Shown here: positions 17,541 to 26,917 of the stretch, in pieces | Layout: each line of letters opens with the position of its first letter | How positions within the stretch are numbered: position 1 is the stretch's first letter | Program-made: the position numbers and the translations under genes | Notes under the pieces: model-generated | The model's database searches: none | The model's input: the letters and a program-made list of their open reading frames with translations, nothing else | What the model was told of the DNA's origin: nothing | NCBI GenBank assembly: GCA_964406005.1 | Contig: CAYOPZ010000005.1 | Coordinates: forward strand, 5,370-69,369 | From: an uncultured Bacteroidaceae bacterium | GTDB taxonomy: Bacteria; Bacteroidota; Bacteroidia; Bacteroidales; SM23-62 | Reading direction: 5' to 3' | Length of the DNA: 64,000 nucleotides

Positions 17541-18335
17541 TCAGGAAGCAGACCTGATCCTTCTGGCTCTCCGGTGTATTTTCTTCCTTATCTTTTCATA
17601 TGAGGGAGGCGGACCGGTACGGAGTTCCCTGCCGTCGATGAATATCCCGTCGGATATCCCCCATTCCTCGAACACCTCCCTGTCAAGTGTATCGTACCGG
17701 GTAAGTTCAACCTTCCCTTCGAACTGCCCGGATGCTCTCAGGGTCCTTTCATAAGCCAGGTTCATTGCGGGACACCAGCCGTTCTTTAGCAAGGTGATGT
17801 CTACAACGCCTTTTCCCTTTGAAGGTTTCTTCTTTGGCTTGACAAACCGCGGAGGGACGGCATCCTCACGGAACGGCTTCCAGACCAGGCGCATCATCCC
17901 GTTTTTATCCACAACCCTGTAACCCTGTTTCCTGAACCAGGAGGCCTTCATCCAGACAGGTATGCCAAGGCCCCATGCAGCCAGCCCGGCGGCCCCCAGT
18001 TCCCTGCAATCCTCCTCGGCAGCCCTGAGAAGCGCCTTACCCATTCCCTTGTTCTGAAAATTGCCCCTGCCTTCCTTATGCCCGTGAACCCATATGCACA
18101 ATACCACGTACAGGTCGCTCCCCCGGAACATGGAGTGTTCGACGGGCAGGTATTGTATCATGCCTCCGATCACACCCTTCCCGTCCTGTGCGAATTTCAC
18201 CCTGACACCCTTGTCCTTCATGCGTTCATACCACTTTTGTTTGTGATCGCCGGCTTCTTTAATATCTTCAGACCAGTCCTCCAGGCAACAGAAATACAGT
18301 TTTTCGTTTTCAGGTGTGATGTCGATTATCTTCAT
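17541..18335 (-). CDS. GNAT-family N-acetyltransferase with YoaP-like C-terminal domain
   Basis: 264 aa. GNAT core (VHGHKEGRGNFQNKGMGKALLRAAEEDCRELG) plus a C-terminal segment resembling YoaP-like domains (ITLLKNGWCPAMNLAYE...GIFIDGRELRTGPP). Confidence 0.7.
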   Translation of the reverse strand: MKIIDITPENEKLYFCCLEDWSEDIKEAGDHKQKWYERMKDKGVRVKFAQDGKGVIGGMIQYLPVEHSMFRGSDLYVVLCIWVHGHKEGRGNFQNKGMGKALLRAAEEDCRELGAAGLAAWGLGIPVWMKASWFRKQGYRVVDKNGMMRLVWKPFREDAVPPRFVKPKKKPSKGKGVVDITLLKNGWCPAMNLAYERTLRASGQFEGKVELTRYDTLDREVFEEWGISDGIFIDGRELRTGPPPSYEKIRKKIHRRARRIRSAS

Positions 18336-18454
18336 GGCGGGATTTTTATGTTAAAGTTAGGAAATTAAACCGGCCGGGCTTGAAAACAGAGATATATATT
18401 TGCAACCATCAACTTAGCAATTAAGTCTATATAAAAGACCAAATAATACAAACA

Positions 18455-19309
18455 ATGAAGAATATACCGTCACTTATATTAATTTCCCTGTTACAGGTTG
18501 TTTCATGCACTGAGGATGACCCTCTCCCGTTAAAAGGGGGAATAACAGACCATGAGTGTATCGACCTTTCGGCAATTCCCGACCAGTGGACAGAAAAGGC
18601 AAAAGAAACATTGCATATAGCATACGGACATACTTCCCACGGAAGCCAGATCACAACAGGAATGACCGGGCTGGCCGGCTTCAAGGGGGATAAATATGCC
18701 TGGAACAACGGCGGGGCAGACGGAGCCCTCGACCTGCATGATTACGCCATGAGCGGCGACCTCGGAAACCCGGACTTCACCAACTGGGAACAGGAAACAA
18801 GAACATACCTTGCGGCCAATACGGATGTTAACGTGATAATATGGTCGTGGTGCGGACAGGTATCATCAGCCACCGAAGAAAATATAAATACATACCTTGG
18901 CCTTATGACAGGACTTGAAGAGAATTTCCCGGATGTCACCTTTGTATATATGACCGGTCACCTCGACGGGACCGGTCCGGCGGGGAACCTGCACATCAGG
19001 AATGAACAGATAAGGGATTACTGCAGGATAAACGAAAAATTTCTTTACGACTTCGCCGATATCGAATCGTATGATCCCGACGGCAACCATTACCTGGATA
19101 AAAACGCCAACGACGGCTGCTACTACGACAGTGATAACGACGGCAGCCCCGATGCCAACTGGGCCATCGACTGGCAGGATTCACATGCAGAGGGTGTCGA
19201 CTGGTATAGCTGCAGCTCGGCACACAGCCAGCCCCTCAACGCCAATATGAAGGCATATGCTGCCTGGCACCTGTGGGCGAGGATAGCGGGGTGGAATCCT
19301 ACTTTATAA
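18455..19309 (+). CDS. Lipoprotein of unknown function
   Basis: 284 aa with a lipoprotein-type signal ending LLQVVSC. No family confidently recognised. The 3' end overlaps the convergent gene by 11 nt. Confidence 0.6.
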   Translation: MKNIPSLILISLLQVVSCTEDDPLPLKGGITDHECIDLSAIPDQWTEKAKETLHIAYGHTSHGSQITTGMTGLAGFKGDKYAWNNGGADGALDLHDYAMSGDLGNPDFTNWEQETRTYLAANTDVNVIIWSWCGQVSSATEENINTYLGLMTGLEENFPDVTFVYMTGHLDGTGPAGNLHIRNEQIRDYCRINEKFLYDFADIESYDPDGNHYLDKNANDGCYYDSDNDGSPDANWAIDWQDSHAEGVDWYSCSSAHSQPLNANMKAYAAWHLWARIAGWNPTL

Positions 19310-21560
19310 AGGTATGCGTATACTTGATTATTATGGTCTTATTGTCGAACGCCGGATTGCCCGGTATCAGGTTCCTGTCCTTAAAGCCGCGCAAATCGTT
19401 ATATACAAGGTACAAATCATTGCCTTCCCGCGGATTGTACCTCAACCGGAAGTTTCCCACGAATTCATCATCAGTGTTTACATACTGGGCAAGTACGCTG
19501 GCAGATAACTTTGTGCTGATCATTATCTGCGCATTCATATTGATTGAATGTATATTGAGAAGGTTATTCGATACTCTGTCAGGAAAGACAATATGATTTA
19601 ATTCGTAACCGGGAGAGAGTATGAAGCTGGATGAAAAATTGAGGTTGAATTCAGCCTCAATACCCATTCTTTTTCCGTCATAGAATTGACCCCCGTACAG
19701 GTTGCCCCTGACTGAAACCCGTTTTGATTCCGAGGTTCCGATTCTGGCCTGAACACCTGTAAATTTGTAATCTGCTGCTCCGATCACAATGCTGTCTGAT
19801 AAATGAAAAGGGAACAGTACACCTTCCTGCTGCATTTCCAGTGAGACTTCTGCATGGATACCCTTCTTCGTATTGAGTTCAAATCCCGGAGATATCTGCA
19901 TTGATTCAAGGTTCCCGTCGTCAAGTCTTGAATACCGTTCACCCCTAACATTGATGTTGTAATTGAAAAATTTTGATTGCTCCCCCGGGATCCAACCGTA
20001 CAATAACAGGCCACTTATTCCCTGCACGTCGTTGCGCCTTACAAATCCGATTCCGGGATTGAATTTGAGCCCTGTATGAGTGTAGTTCAATTGATAGGCA
20101 AATCCTTCCTCCGACCTGCGCTCCCAGTTGACCAAAATAAAAGACGGATCGAGAGATGAGAATTCACTGTCAATCCGGTCATCATAACTCTGGGCCCATT
20201 TGACATTTAAATAATCATCCCCGAAAAGTCTGAATATCCCGTCAACGCCGTATGAAATATTATGCTCCCCGGTCGTTCCTATACGGGAAGTAATGATCCC
20301 TCCCACATAGGAATTGGAATTGATCACCTGCCGCCTCATTCTCATCACGCCGAAATTCTCACTTGATATGTCCTCATGTGCTTCTGTCTGCATATCCAGG
20401 AAACCCATGTCCCAGTTCCCAATCCTTCCCGTAAGCCTGGCCCCTCCAAATATCCTTATCTGTTCGCCCCTGACCAATCCGATGTTCCTGGAGTAAAACA
20501 GGTTGTCGGAACGCCCTCCCAGACTGAAATCAAACAAGCTGGATCTCTCCTGAAAGAATTTCCTCTTTTCAGGGAAGAAAAGAGAATACCTGGTCAGGTT
20601 CACCTGCTGGTTATCCGCTTCGACCTGGGCAAAATCCGTATTGGCCGTAAGATCCAGTGTCAGGTTACTGTTTATATTGTATTTTACATCAAGACCTGCA
20701 TCATATTCGGGATGATCTTCCCTTACGTACTGCGTCTCATCTTCATTTACCGTCCAATCGCGGGACAATCCGCCGATCACGTAAGGTGATATATAAACCG
20801 GCCTGGAAGGCACGGCCCCTTCAATTTCAATTTTCTGAGCCAGCGATGGCTTGCTGGTGGCCGTAAATCCGTACTTCGGATCGATGGACGGATAGGTGTC
20901 GGTTTCGTTGTTTGCACTGATACTGCGGCTTATGATGAGTCCCATTACAGCCACATTGTTTTCCGGTTTGAACTTCAGGCTTGAAAAGGGGATCCTCATT
21001 TCCACATACCATCCCTGATCATCCCTTGTTGTTTTAACATCCCAGAAAGTATTCCAGCTGAGATTCATCCAGCTGAATCCTCCTGGACCTCCGCCGCCAC
21101 CCGCAGCATCATTGGAAATGGCGTAATCGGTCCGCAGCCCTGTCGGCGTCGTGAAGAATGCCAATCCATTCTCGTTATCGTTATAGGAATCAAGCACAAT
21201 CCCCAATGCATCGTATCCAAAAAGCCTCTCGTCCCTTTTCTTTGATGCCGCAAAAATCCTGGATGCGTCTTCCATGTACAGGCTTGCCCCTACCCAAAGG
21301 TATTCATCGTCATAACCTATCCTCACATCGCTGATTTCCGATGGCCGGTTGCCGAAATTCGGCCTGTGCATGGTCAATGGGAAATCATTGAGGGATTTCC
21401 AGGCCGCCTCATCCGGAACACCGTCAAATTCGACTGCAGATGTCAGCCTTTGAATCCTGACCGTTTCCTGGCCTGACAAATTATTTTGAAAAAACAACCA
21501 TAAAACCAGCAATAAATATTTGAAGATACACGTATTCAATCTAAATGATAATTTTCCCAT
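19299..21560 (-). CDS. DUF5916 / CBM9-like domain outer-membrane-associated protein
   Basis: The ORF runs to 21635. I prefer the start at 21560 (MGKLSFRLNTCIFKYLLLVLWLFFQNNLSGQ, a signal peptide). The N-terminal region is CBM9/DOMON-like (VEFDGVPDEAAWKSL...YDDEYLWVGASLYMED) and the C-terminal part is long and beta-rich. Confidence 0.7.
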   Translation of the reverse strand: MGKLSFRLNTCIFKYLLLVLWLFFQNNLSGQETVRIQRLTSAVEFDGVPDEAAWKSLNDFPLTMHRPNFGNRPSEISDVRIGYDDEYLWVGASLYMEDASRIFAASKKRDERLFGYDALGIVLDSYNDNENGLAFFTTPTGLRTDYAISNDAAGGGGGPGGFSWMNLSWNTFWDVKTTRDDQGWYVEMRIPFSSLKFKPENNVAVMGLIISRSISANNETDTYPSIDPKYGFTATSKPSLAQKIEIEGAVPSRPVYISPYVIGGLSRDWTVNEDETQYVREDHPEYDAGLDVKYNINSNLTLDLTANTDFAQVEADNQQVNLTRYSLFFPEKRKFFQERSSLFDFSLGGRSDNLFYSRNIGLVRGEQIRIFGGARLTGRIGNWDMGFLDMQTEAHEDISSENFGVMRMRRQVINSNSYVGGIITSRIGTTGEHNISYGVDGIFRLFGDDYLNVKWAQSYDDRIDSEFSSLDPSFILVNWERRSEEGFAYQLNYTHTGLKFNPGIGFVRRNDVQGISGLLLYGWIPGEQSKFFNYNINVRGERYSRLDDGNLESMQISPGFELNTKKGIHAEVSLEMQQEGVLFPFHLSDSIVIGAADYKFTGVQARIGTSESKRVSVRGNLYGGQFYDGKRMGIEAEFNLNFSSSFILSPGYELNHIVFPDRVSNNLLNIHSINMNAQIMISTKLSASVLAQYVNTDDEFVGNFRLRYNPREGNDLYLVYNDLRGFKDRNLIPGNPAFDNKTIIIKYTHTFIK

Positions 21561-21927
21561 TGTCTTTGATATTGTTGATTTATGACCGGGTTTTATGAAT
21601 TCGGTTCCCTTTGGTAATGAGTGAAAACCTGACAAACGAACAATAAACTGAAATTAAATATAATCTATAATTTTATAAAAGCTTTGGCCCGAATATGAAA
21701 ACAACATCAAAATATTTAGACGCTCCCGGATGACAAGGGTTTAATAGGATCGAGTATAATTTTTTCCCGTTTTTAACAAAAACCGGTACAGGCGTTTCGC
21801 ACTGCAGTGAAATAAAACGACAGAAGGATTTGAGAAAATAATTATAATTTTAACATGAAGCGCATCTTAACTCAGCATCCACATTAATGGGGCAGGTTCA
21901 ATACTTAAACGTTACAATAATACAACG

Positions 21928-22764
21928 ATGAAAATTCTCGTAATCGGAGCAAGCGGATTGCTGGCCCGGCCGGTGATCCGGAAACTGGATGAAGCCGGAT
22001 TTCAGCTGAGGCTGTTTTCCCGCAGTGTAAATCCTTCCATGTTTAACAAAGACCATGAGATTGTCCGGGGCGATCTCTTCAACCGTTCCGATCTCGAAAA
22101 GGCCGTGGATGGCTGTGATGCCATTCATATCTCCGTTTCAACGGCCGATGAGCATAAATCAACCGGGGCCATCGTGAATGTGGCAATACAGAAACAGGTC
22201 AAGCTGATCGGCATTGTATCGGGGTGCACCGTTTCGGAAGAGAACCGGTGGTTTCCATTCATCGACAGGAAGTTCCTGGCCGAACAGCTTGTCATAAACA
22301 GCGGGATACCTTACCTGATATTCAGGCCGACATGGTTCTTCGAATCCCTTGAATTAATGGTCAGGAACGGTAAAGCCACGGTCCTGGGCAGGCAGCCCAA
22401 TCCTTATCACTGGGTTGCAGCCGATGACCTGGGGAGCATGGCAGCCAACGCCTATTCGGGGGAAGAGGCGAAAAACGGCATTTACTACATCTACGGGCCG
22501 GAAAAGTGCCTGATGAAAGATATGCTTGAAAAATATTGCAGGATCATGCACCCTGGGATCAGGAAAGTTTCGGTCACCCCGATTCCCATATTAAAAATAA
22601 TTGCCTTTCTGACCGGAAAGAAGGAGCTCCGTAATGCAACGGCCCTCTTCTCCTATTTTCAAAAGGTCGGGGAACCGGAGATCCCTTCCGAAAAGCTTTC
22701 GGCGCTGGGCGAACCCCGAATTGATTTTAAAAGGTGGGTCGAATTGAAAAAACAGGGAGGATGA
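21928..22764 (+). CDS. NmrA-like / NAD(P)-binding atypical SDR
   Basis: 278 aa with an N-terminal Rossmann motif, MKILVIGASGLLARPVIRKL. Confidence 0.75.
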   Translation: MKILVIGASGLLARPVIRKLDEAGFQLRLFSRSVNPSMFNKDHEIVRGDLFNRSDLEKAVDGCDAIHISVSTADEHKSTGAIVNVAIQKQVKLIGIVSGCTVSEENRWFPFIDRKFLAEQLVINSGIPYLIFRPTWFFESLELMVRNGKATVLGRQPNPYHWVAADDLGSMAANAYSGEEAKNGIYYIYGPEKCLMKDMLEKYCRIMHPGIRKVSVTPIPILKIIAFLTGKKELRNATALFSYFQKVGEPEIPSEKLSALGEPRIDFKRWVELKKQGG

Positions 22765-23067
22765 ACAGGGGATATGTTTCCGAATCCCTGACATGTAAAC
22801 GCAAAGTACTGGCTGCCTGAGCATCGTTTACCCGCAGGAAGAATACGATACATTGTCCTGGCAGAGGCGGATATCATGGAACCGGGGCGGCTGAAAAGTC
22901 AGGTTTTTCTGATCCCGGTAATTCAACAAGAGCCGATCACACGGTTCGAAATTACGATTGAACGTATTAAAATAACTTCCTTAAACCATTGCCATAAATA
23001 AAAACAATTTGTAACTTAATTATTTGTTCCTTAATTATCAACCAGTACCAATTCAAAAAAATGAGAA

Positions 23068-23679
23068 ATGTGTGAAAAAAACAATCATGTAAATCTGGGA
23101 TTTACTTCAGAAAAGTTTCCGGCAGGTACTCACATGTGCTTAATCTATAACAATGAAGATGAAAGAGCAAAGATAATATCACAATTTCTTGAATCAGGTG
23201 TAAATAAAGAAGAAAAGGTATCATATTTTGCATATTCAATGAATAAGGCAGAAATGATCAATTGGCTTGATGAGCAAGGAGTTACAATATCGGAAACTGA
23301 TATTGATGTTTTAAATACAAGTGCCGTATACTGTCCTTCCGGAAAATTTGTTCCTGAGGTTATGCTTGATAATTTGAAAAGCTTTTATAATAGCTCAATC
23401 GAAAACGGTTACCGGGCTTCACGGGTGAGCGGTGAAATGATATGGGCCTTGGATAACATACCTGGCTCAAACAGACTAATGGAGTATGAAGCATTGGTGA
23501 ACCAGGTATTGGAAACCCATCCTGTAACGGCAATTTGCCAGTATGATGCAACTAAATTTGATGGAGCAACCATTCTGGATTGTTTGAAAGTGCATCCTTA
23601 TATGATCGTTGGGAGACAAATAGTGAAAAATCCTTATTTCCTGGATCCTCAGGAATACCTGGAAGAGATAAATTCATAG
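23068..23679 (+). CDS. MEDS-domain (DcmR-like sensory) protein
   Basis: 203 aa. The MEDS-like pattern is HMCLIYNNEDERAKIISQFLESG ... SGEMIWAL ... TAICQYD. Lies in an AT-rich segment. Confidence 0.65.
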   Translation: MCEKNNHVNLGFTSEKFPAGTHMCLIYNNEDERAKIISQFLESGVNKEEKVSYFAYSMNKAEMINWLDEQGVTISETDIDVLNTSAVYCPSGKFVPEVMLDNLKSFYNSSIENGYRASRVSGEMIWALDNIPGSNRLMEYEALVNQVLETHPVTAICQYDATKFDGATILDCLKVHPYMIVGRQIVKNPYFLDPQEYLEEINS

Positions 23680-23681
23680 AG

Positions 23682-25400
23682 ATGCCGGGTGATCAATCTC
23701 CGAAAGAACATATACGTGTTTTAAATCAGATAATTACGTTTGAGAGTGCAATTCATGCCATTCCGTTCGGCGAGAAACTGGTGGAATTCATGCTCCATGC
23801 CATTAAGACCATTACAAAAGTAAATCAATGCAACATATGCCTGCAATTATTGAAGAAACCTCTGGGTAATTTGAATGATGAAAAATGCATGAAATGCAAT
23901 TTTTTCAGCAATCCAGGTGAATATCCATGCCTTCTGGAGGGAAATAAAGACATAAAGATCATACCGGTAGCAACATTATTTAATCAATATGCATGTATTG
24001 TATTGAAATCAAGTTCTTTATTTCCAGAACCACTGTTGGCGGCACTACATAATTTTTCAAACACCTTCGCCATTACAATTGAAAATCATATTCAAAGAAG
24101 CAGATTAGAAAAAATGAATGAAGAACTTGTATTGCATCGTGACAATCTGGAAAAACAGGTAGACATAAGAGCAGGTGAATTAAAAAGACAAAATGAAGAA
24201 TATGCCGCACTTAATGAAGAATACAAAGCACAAAATGAGAAGTTGATATCTGCCAAGGAAAAAGCTGAAGAATCCGACAGGCTGAAATCTGCTTTTTTAA
24301 CAAACATGAGTCATGAAATACGTACTCCAATGAACGGGATACTTGGTTTTGCCAACTTGTTGAAAAAGCCGAAATTATCCGGTGAGCAACAGCAAATATA
24401 TATAAGCATGATCCTGCAAAGTGGTGACCGGATGCTGAACATTATAAACGATCTGGTTGATATATCGAAAGTTGAATCGGGACAGATGGAAACAGATGTT
24501 TCCGAAGTGAATATAATTGAGCAATTGAAATATGTTTATGACTTTTTTAAGTCTGAGGCAGAAAGCAAAGGTTTGCATCTTTCATGCTTTAATGAATTCA
24601 AACAAAAGAAAATTATAATAATAACAGATAAAGAAAAGCTATTAAGGATACTTACAAACCTGATAAAAAATGCCATTAAATTTACAAACAGAGGCAGCAT
24701 AGAATTTGGATTTAAACTCCATGAGAATTTTATTGAATTCATTGTAAAAGATACAGGTATTGGTATTAATAAGGGAGAACAAAAGCTGATATTTAATCGT
24801 TTTGTGCAGGCAAACTCTGAAATTTCAAAAAATTATGAAGGAGCTGGCCTGGGCTTGTCAATTACAAAAGCCTATATTGAAATGCTGGGAGGAGATATAA
24901 GGGTATATTCCAGGCCAAACAAAGGATCAACATTTTATTTTACCTTACCACTCCGGGAAGATATTAATCATGAGATAGAAAATGCTTTTCCTAAGGAAGA
25001 TATAAATACCTCGTTTGACTGGAAAGATAAACAAATACTTATTGTTGAAGATGATAATACAAGCAGGTTATTGTTTAAGGAAGCATTTAAAATAACAAAG
25101 GTAAAATTAATAGAAGCCCGTAATGGTATTGAAGCAATAGAGATTTGCAGGAGAATACCTCAACTGGATTTGGTACTGTTGGACATAAAAATGCCTGAAA
25201 TGAATGGTTACGAGGCAATAAGTGAAATACGGAAATTCAATAAAAAATTACCTATTATTGCCCAGACTGCATATGCTTTACAAGGGGAAAAAGAAAGATG
25301 CCTGAATGCCGGATGCGATGATTTTATATCAAAACCAATAAATAGGGAAGATTTAATATTAAAAGTCAATAAATACTTGGAATACAGGCATAGTCGATAG
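23682..25400 (+). CDS. Hybrid sensor kinase with Cys-motif GAF-like sensor, HisKA, HATPase, C-terminal REC
   Basis: The ORF track starts at 23580. I prefer ATG 23682, 2 nt after the MEDS stop. CxxC-X15-CxxC (CNIC...CMKC) is encoded at 23829-23897. H-box FLTNMSHEIRTPMNGILGF, G boxes KDTGIGI and GAGLGLSIT, REC (ILIVEDDNTSR, LVLLDIKMPEMNG). Confidence 0.88.
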   Translation: MPGDQSPKEHIRVLNQIITFESAIHAIPFGEKLVEFMLHAIKTITKVNQCNICLQLLKKPLGNLNDEKCMKCNFFSNPGEYPCLLEGNKDIKIIPVATLFNQYACIVLKSSSLFPEPLLAALHNFSNTFAITIENHIQRSRLEKMNEELVLHRDNLEKQVDIRAGELKRQNEEYAALNEEYKAQNEKLISAKEKAEESDRLKSAFLTNMSHEIRTPMNGILGFANLLKKPKLSGEQQQIYISMILQSGDRMLNIINDLVDISKVESGQMETDVSEVNIIEQLKYVYDFFKSEAESKGLHLSCFNEFKQKKIIIITDKEKLLRILTNLIKNAIKFTNRGSIEFGFKLHENFIEFIVKDTGIGINKGEQKLIFNRFVQANSEISKNYEGAGLGLSITKAYIEMLGGDIRVYSRPNKGSTFYFTLPLREDINHEIENAFPKEDINTSFDWKDKQILIVEDDNTSRLLFKEAFKITKVKLIEARNGIEAIEICRRIPQLDLVLLDIKMPEMNGYEAISEIRKFNKKLPIIAQTAYALQGEKERCLNAGCDDFISKPINREDLILKVNKYLEYRHSR

Positions 25401-25471
25401 AACATTATATCCGTTAAGCATTGAGGGTTCTTAATTGAAGATGAGAGGCTGATTTTTTGCCTTTCTCAGCA

Positions 25472-25507
25472 TTAACCGGTGAGAAACATTTTTGTCTAAC
25501 CGGTTAA
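25472..25507. promoter_or_regulatory. Two TAACCGGT sites 24 bp apart (9-bp inverted arms TTAACCGGT / ACCGGTTAA)
   Basis: Arms at 25472-25480 and 25499-25507. The second site is a perfect 10-bp palindrome, TAACCGGTTA (25497-25506). It ends 11 nt before the ATG at 25518. Confidence 0.35.
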
Positions 25508-25517
25508 AATCCACATC

Positions 25518-26795
25518 ATGAGAACCCCTATCCTTTTAATGGCCTGTTTCATGACGGCCATTCTGATCTCCTGCCAGAAAGATATGCCTGAACCCGGCAG
25601 GGAAACCGGCAGCCTTCACCTTGACATCGGAATGTCGATGAGCATTCATGAGGTAAGCTGCAAATTCAAGTCGATTCCGGAGACGGACGATTTCAGGGTC
25701 ACCGTTTATAAGGCGGATGGCGCGGTGGTAATGGCATTTGACAGCGCTTCGGCCATTCCCGATACCATCGAGCTCGAAACAGGGAATTATTATGCCGAGG
25801 CGCATTCCGATAACGACCTTCCGGCTGCCTTTGAGAATCCGTATTATTCCGGTGTATCGGATATATTCACCATCAACAGCAACAGTCAACAGTCTGTTCT
25901 GGTGAATTGCACCCTGGCCAACACCATGGTTTCGGTGGGATACACCGATAATGTCAGGGACGGTTTCACGGATTATTCGACAACCGTGTCATCTGAACTG
26001 GATTCACTGGTATTTTCAAAGGATGAGACCAGGACAGGCTATTTCAGGACACTGCCGCTTGAAATCAGGGTCGAGCTGAGCTACCGGCTGCCCGGCGGAT
26101 CGGATTCCGTTAAATTCCTGTCCGGCCAGATACCGGCCCCGCTTCCGAACAGGCACTACGAGATCCTTGTGGATGCTTCCGTTAATGCAGGCATGGCGAG
26201 TTTCCAGGTGCTGCTGGATTCATCGGCAGCACCCGTGGAACTCATCGAAATCACAGATCAGCCAATCCCTCCCCAAAACGGTGAAATCGGGTACGGTGAA
26301 TTGCTTATCACCGAGATCATGTACAACCCTACGGCGCTTTCCGATTCGGAAGGGGAATGGTTCGAGATCCGGAACAACTCGGATCATCCGGTAAACCTTA
26401 AAAACCTTGTACTGGGAAGGGATGATGCCGACCTGCACATCATCACCGATTCCATCGTCCTGTCACCGGACGAATTCTTCGTGTTCGAGCGCAGCCAGCA
26501 GGCAACGGATGCCGCCGGCGCCTGGGTTTACGGTCCGGATATTCAGCTTCCTAATGCCGGGGCCGTTCTGTCGGTATACAACGAGGGCACGGAAACCGTT
26601 CCCGGTGCATTGATCTTCTCTGTAAACTACGGCGGTGCCGGTTTCCCGGACGGTGCAGGTGCATCCATAAGCCTTGACCCGGATATGCTCGATGCAGATA
26701 ACGCCGTACAGGGAACATCCTGGTGCCTGTCCACATCCGTTTACAGTACGGGCGACTGCGGTACCCCCGGCGCGGTCAATGATGCCTGCCCCTAA
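25518..26795 (+). CDS. Lipoprotein with DUF4493-like N-terminal region and C-terminal lamin-tail domain (LTD)
   Basis: 425 aa with signal ILISC. The LTD signature is LLITEIMYNPTALSDSEGEWFEIRNNSDHPVNLKNLVL. The DUF4493 assignment is from memory of similar Bacteroidota lipoproteins. Confidence 0.7.
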   Translation: MRTPILLMACFMTAILISCQKDMPEPGRETGSLHLDIGMSMSIHEVSCKFKSIPETDDFRVTVYKADGAVVMAFDSASAIPDTIELETGNYYAEAHSDNDLPAAFENPYYSGVSDIFTINSNSQQSVLVNCTLANTMVSVGYTDNVRDGFTDYSTTVSSELDSLVFSKDETRTGYFRTLPLEIRVELSYRLPGGSDSVKFLSGQIPAPLPNRHYEILVDASVNAGMASFQVLLDSSAAPVELIEITDQPIPPQNGEIGYGELLITEIMYNPTALSDSEGEWFEIRNNSDHPVNLKNLVLGRDDADLHIITDSIVLSPDEFFVFERSQQATDAAGAWVYGPDIQLPNAGAVLSVYNEGTETVPGALIFSVNYGGAGFPDGAGASISLDPDMLDADNAVQGTSWCLSTSVYSTGDCGTPGAVNDACP

Positions 26796-26879
26796 GATTC
26801 AGGACATAATATCCGTTTCGTAAAAACGGCACTGCTGCTTCCGTTGAAAAGGCTTGAAGAGAAATCCGTGGAAAAGGCT

Positions 26880-26887
26880 TAAATTTG
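26880..26887 (+). promoter_or_regulatory. Bacteroidota-type -7 box TAAATTTG upstream of deoR-family gene
   Basis: TAnnTTTG match 31 nt upstream of ATG 26918. A cTTG lies ~23 nt further upstream. Confidence 0.35.
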
Positions 26888-26917
26888 ATCCGGGTACCGA
26901 ATAAAATCCGGATCACC

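Noticed and set aside
22943-22950. GGTTCGAA, reminiscent of a tRNA T-loop, near the left edge of the AT-rich island
   Set aside because: The flanking bases (CACGG / TTACG) cannot form a T-stem, and no acceptor or anticodon arms can be drawn. It is not a tRNA or a tRNA fragment I can defend.
23020-25440. Short CTTAATT-containing strings at both edges of the AT-rich island as possible att-like direct repeats
   Set aside because: Only 7 nt are shared, in AT-rich DNA, which is well within chance. No integrase or recombinase is nearby.
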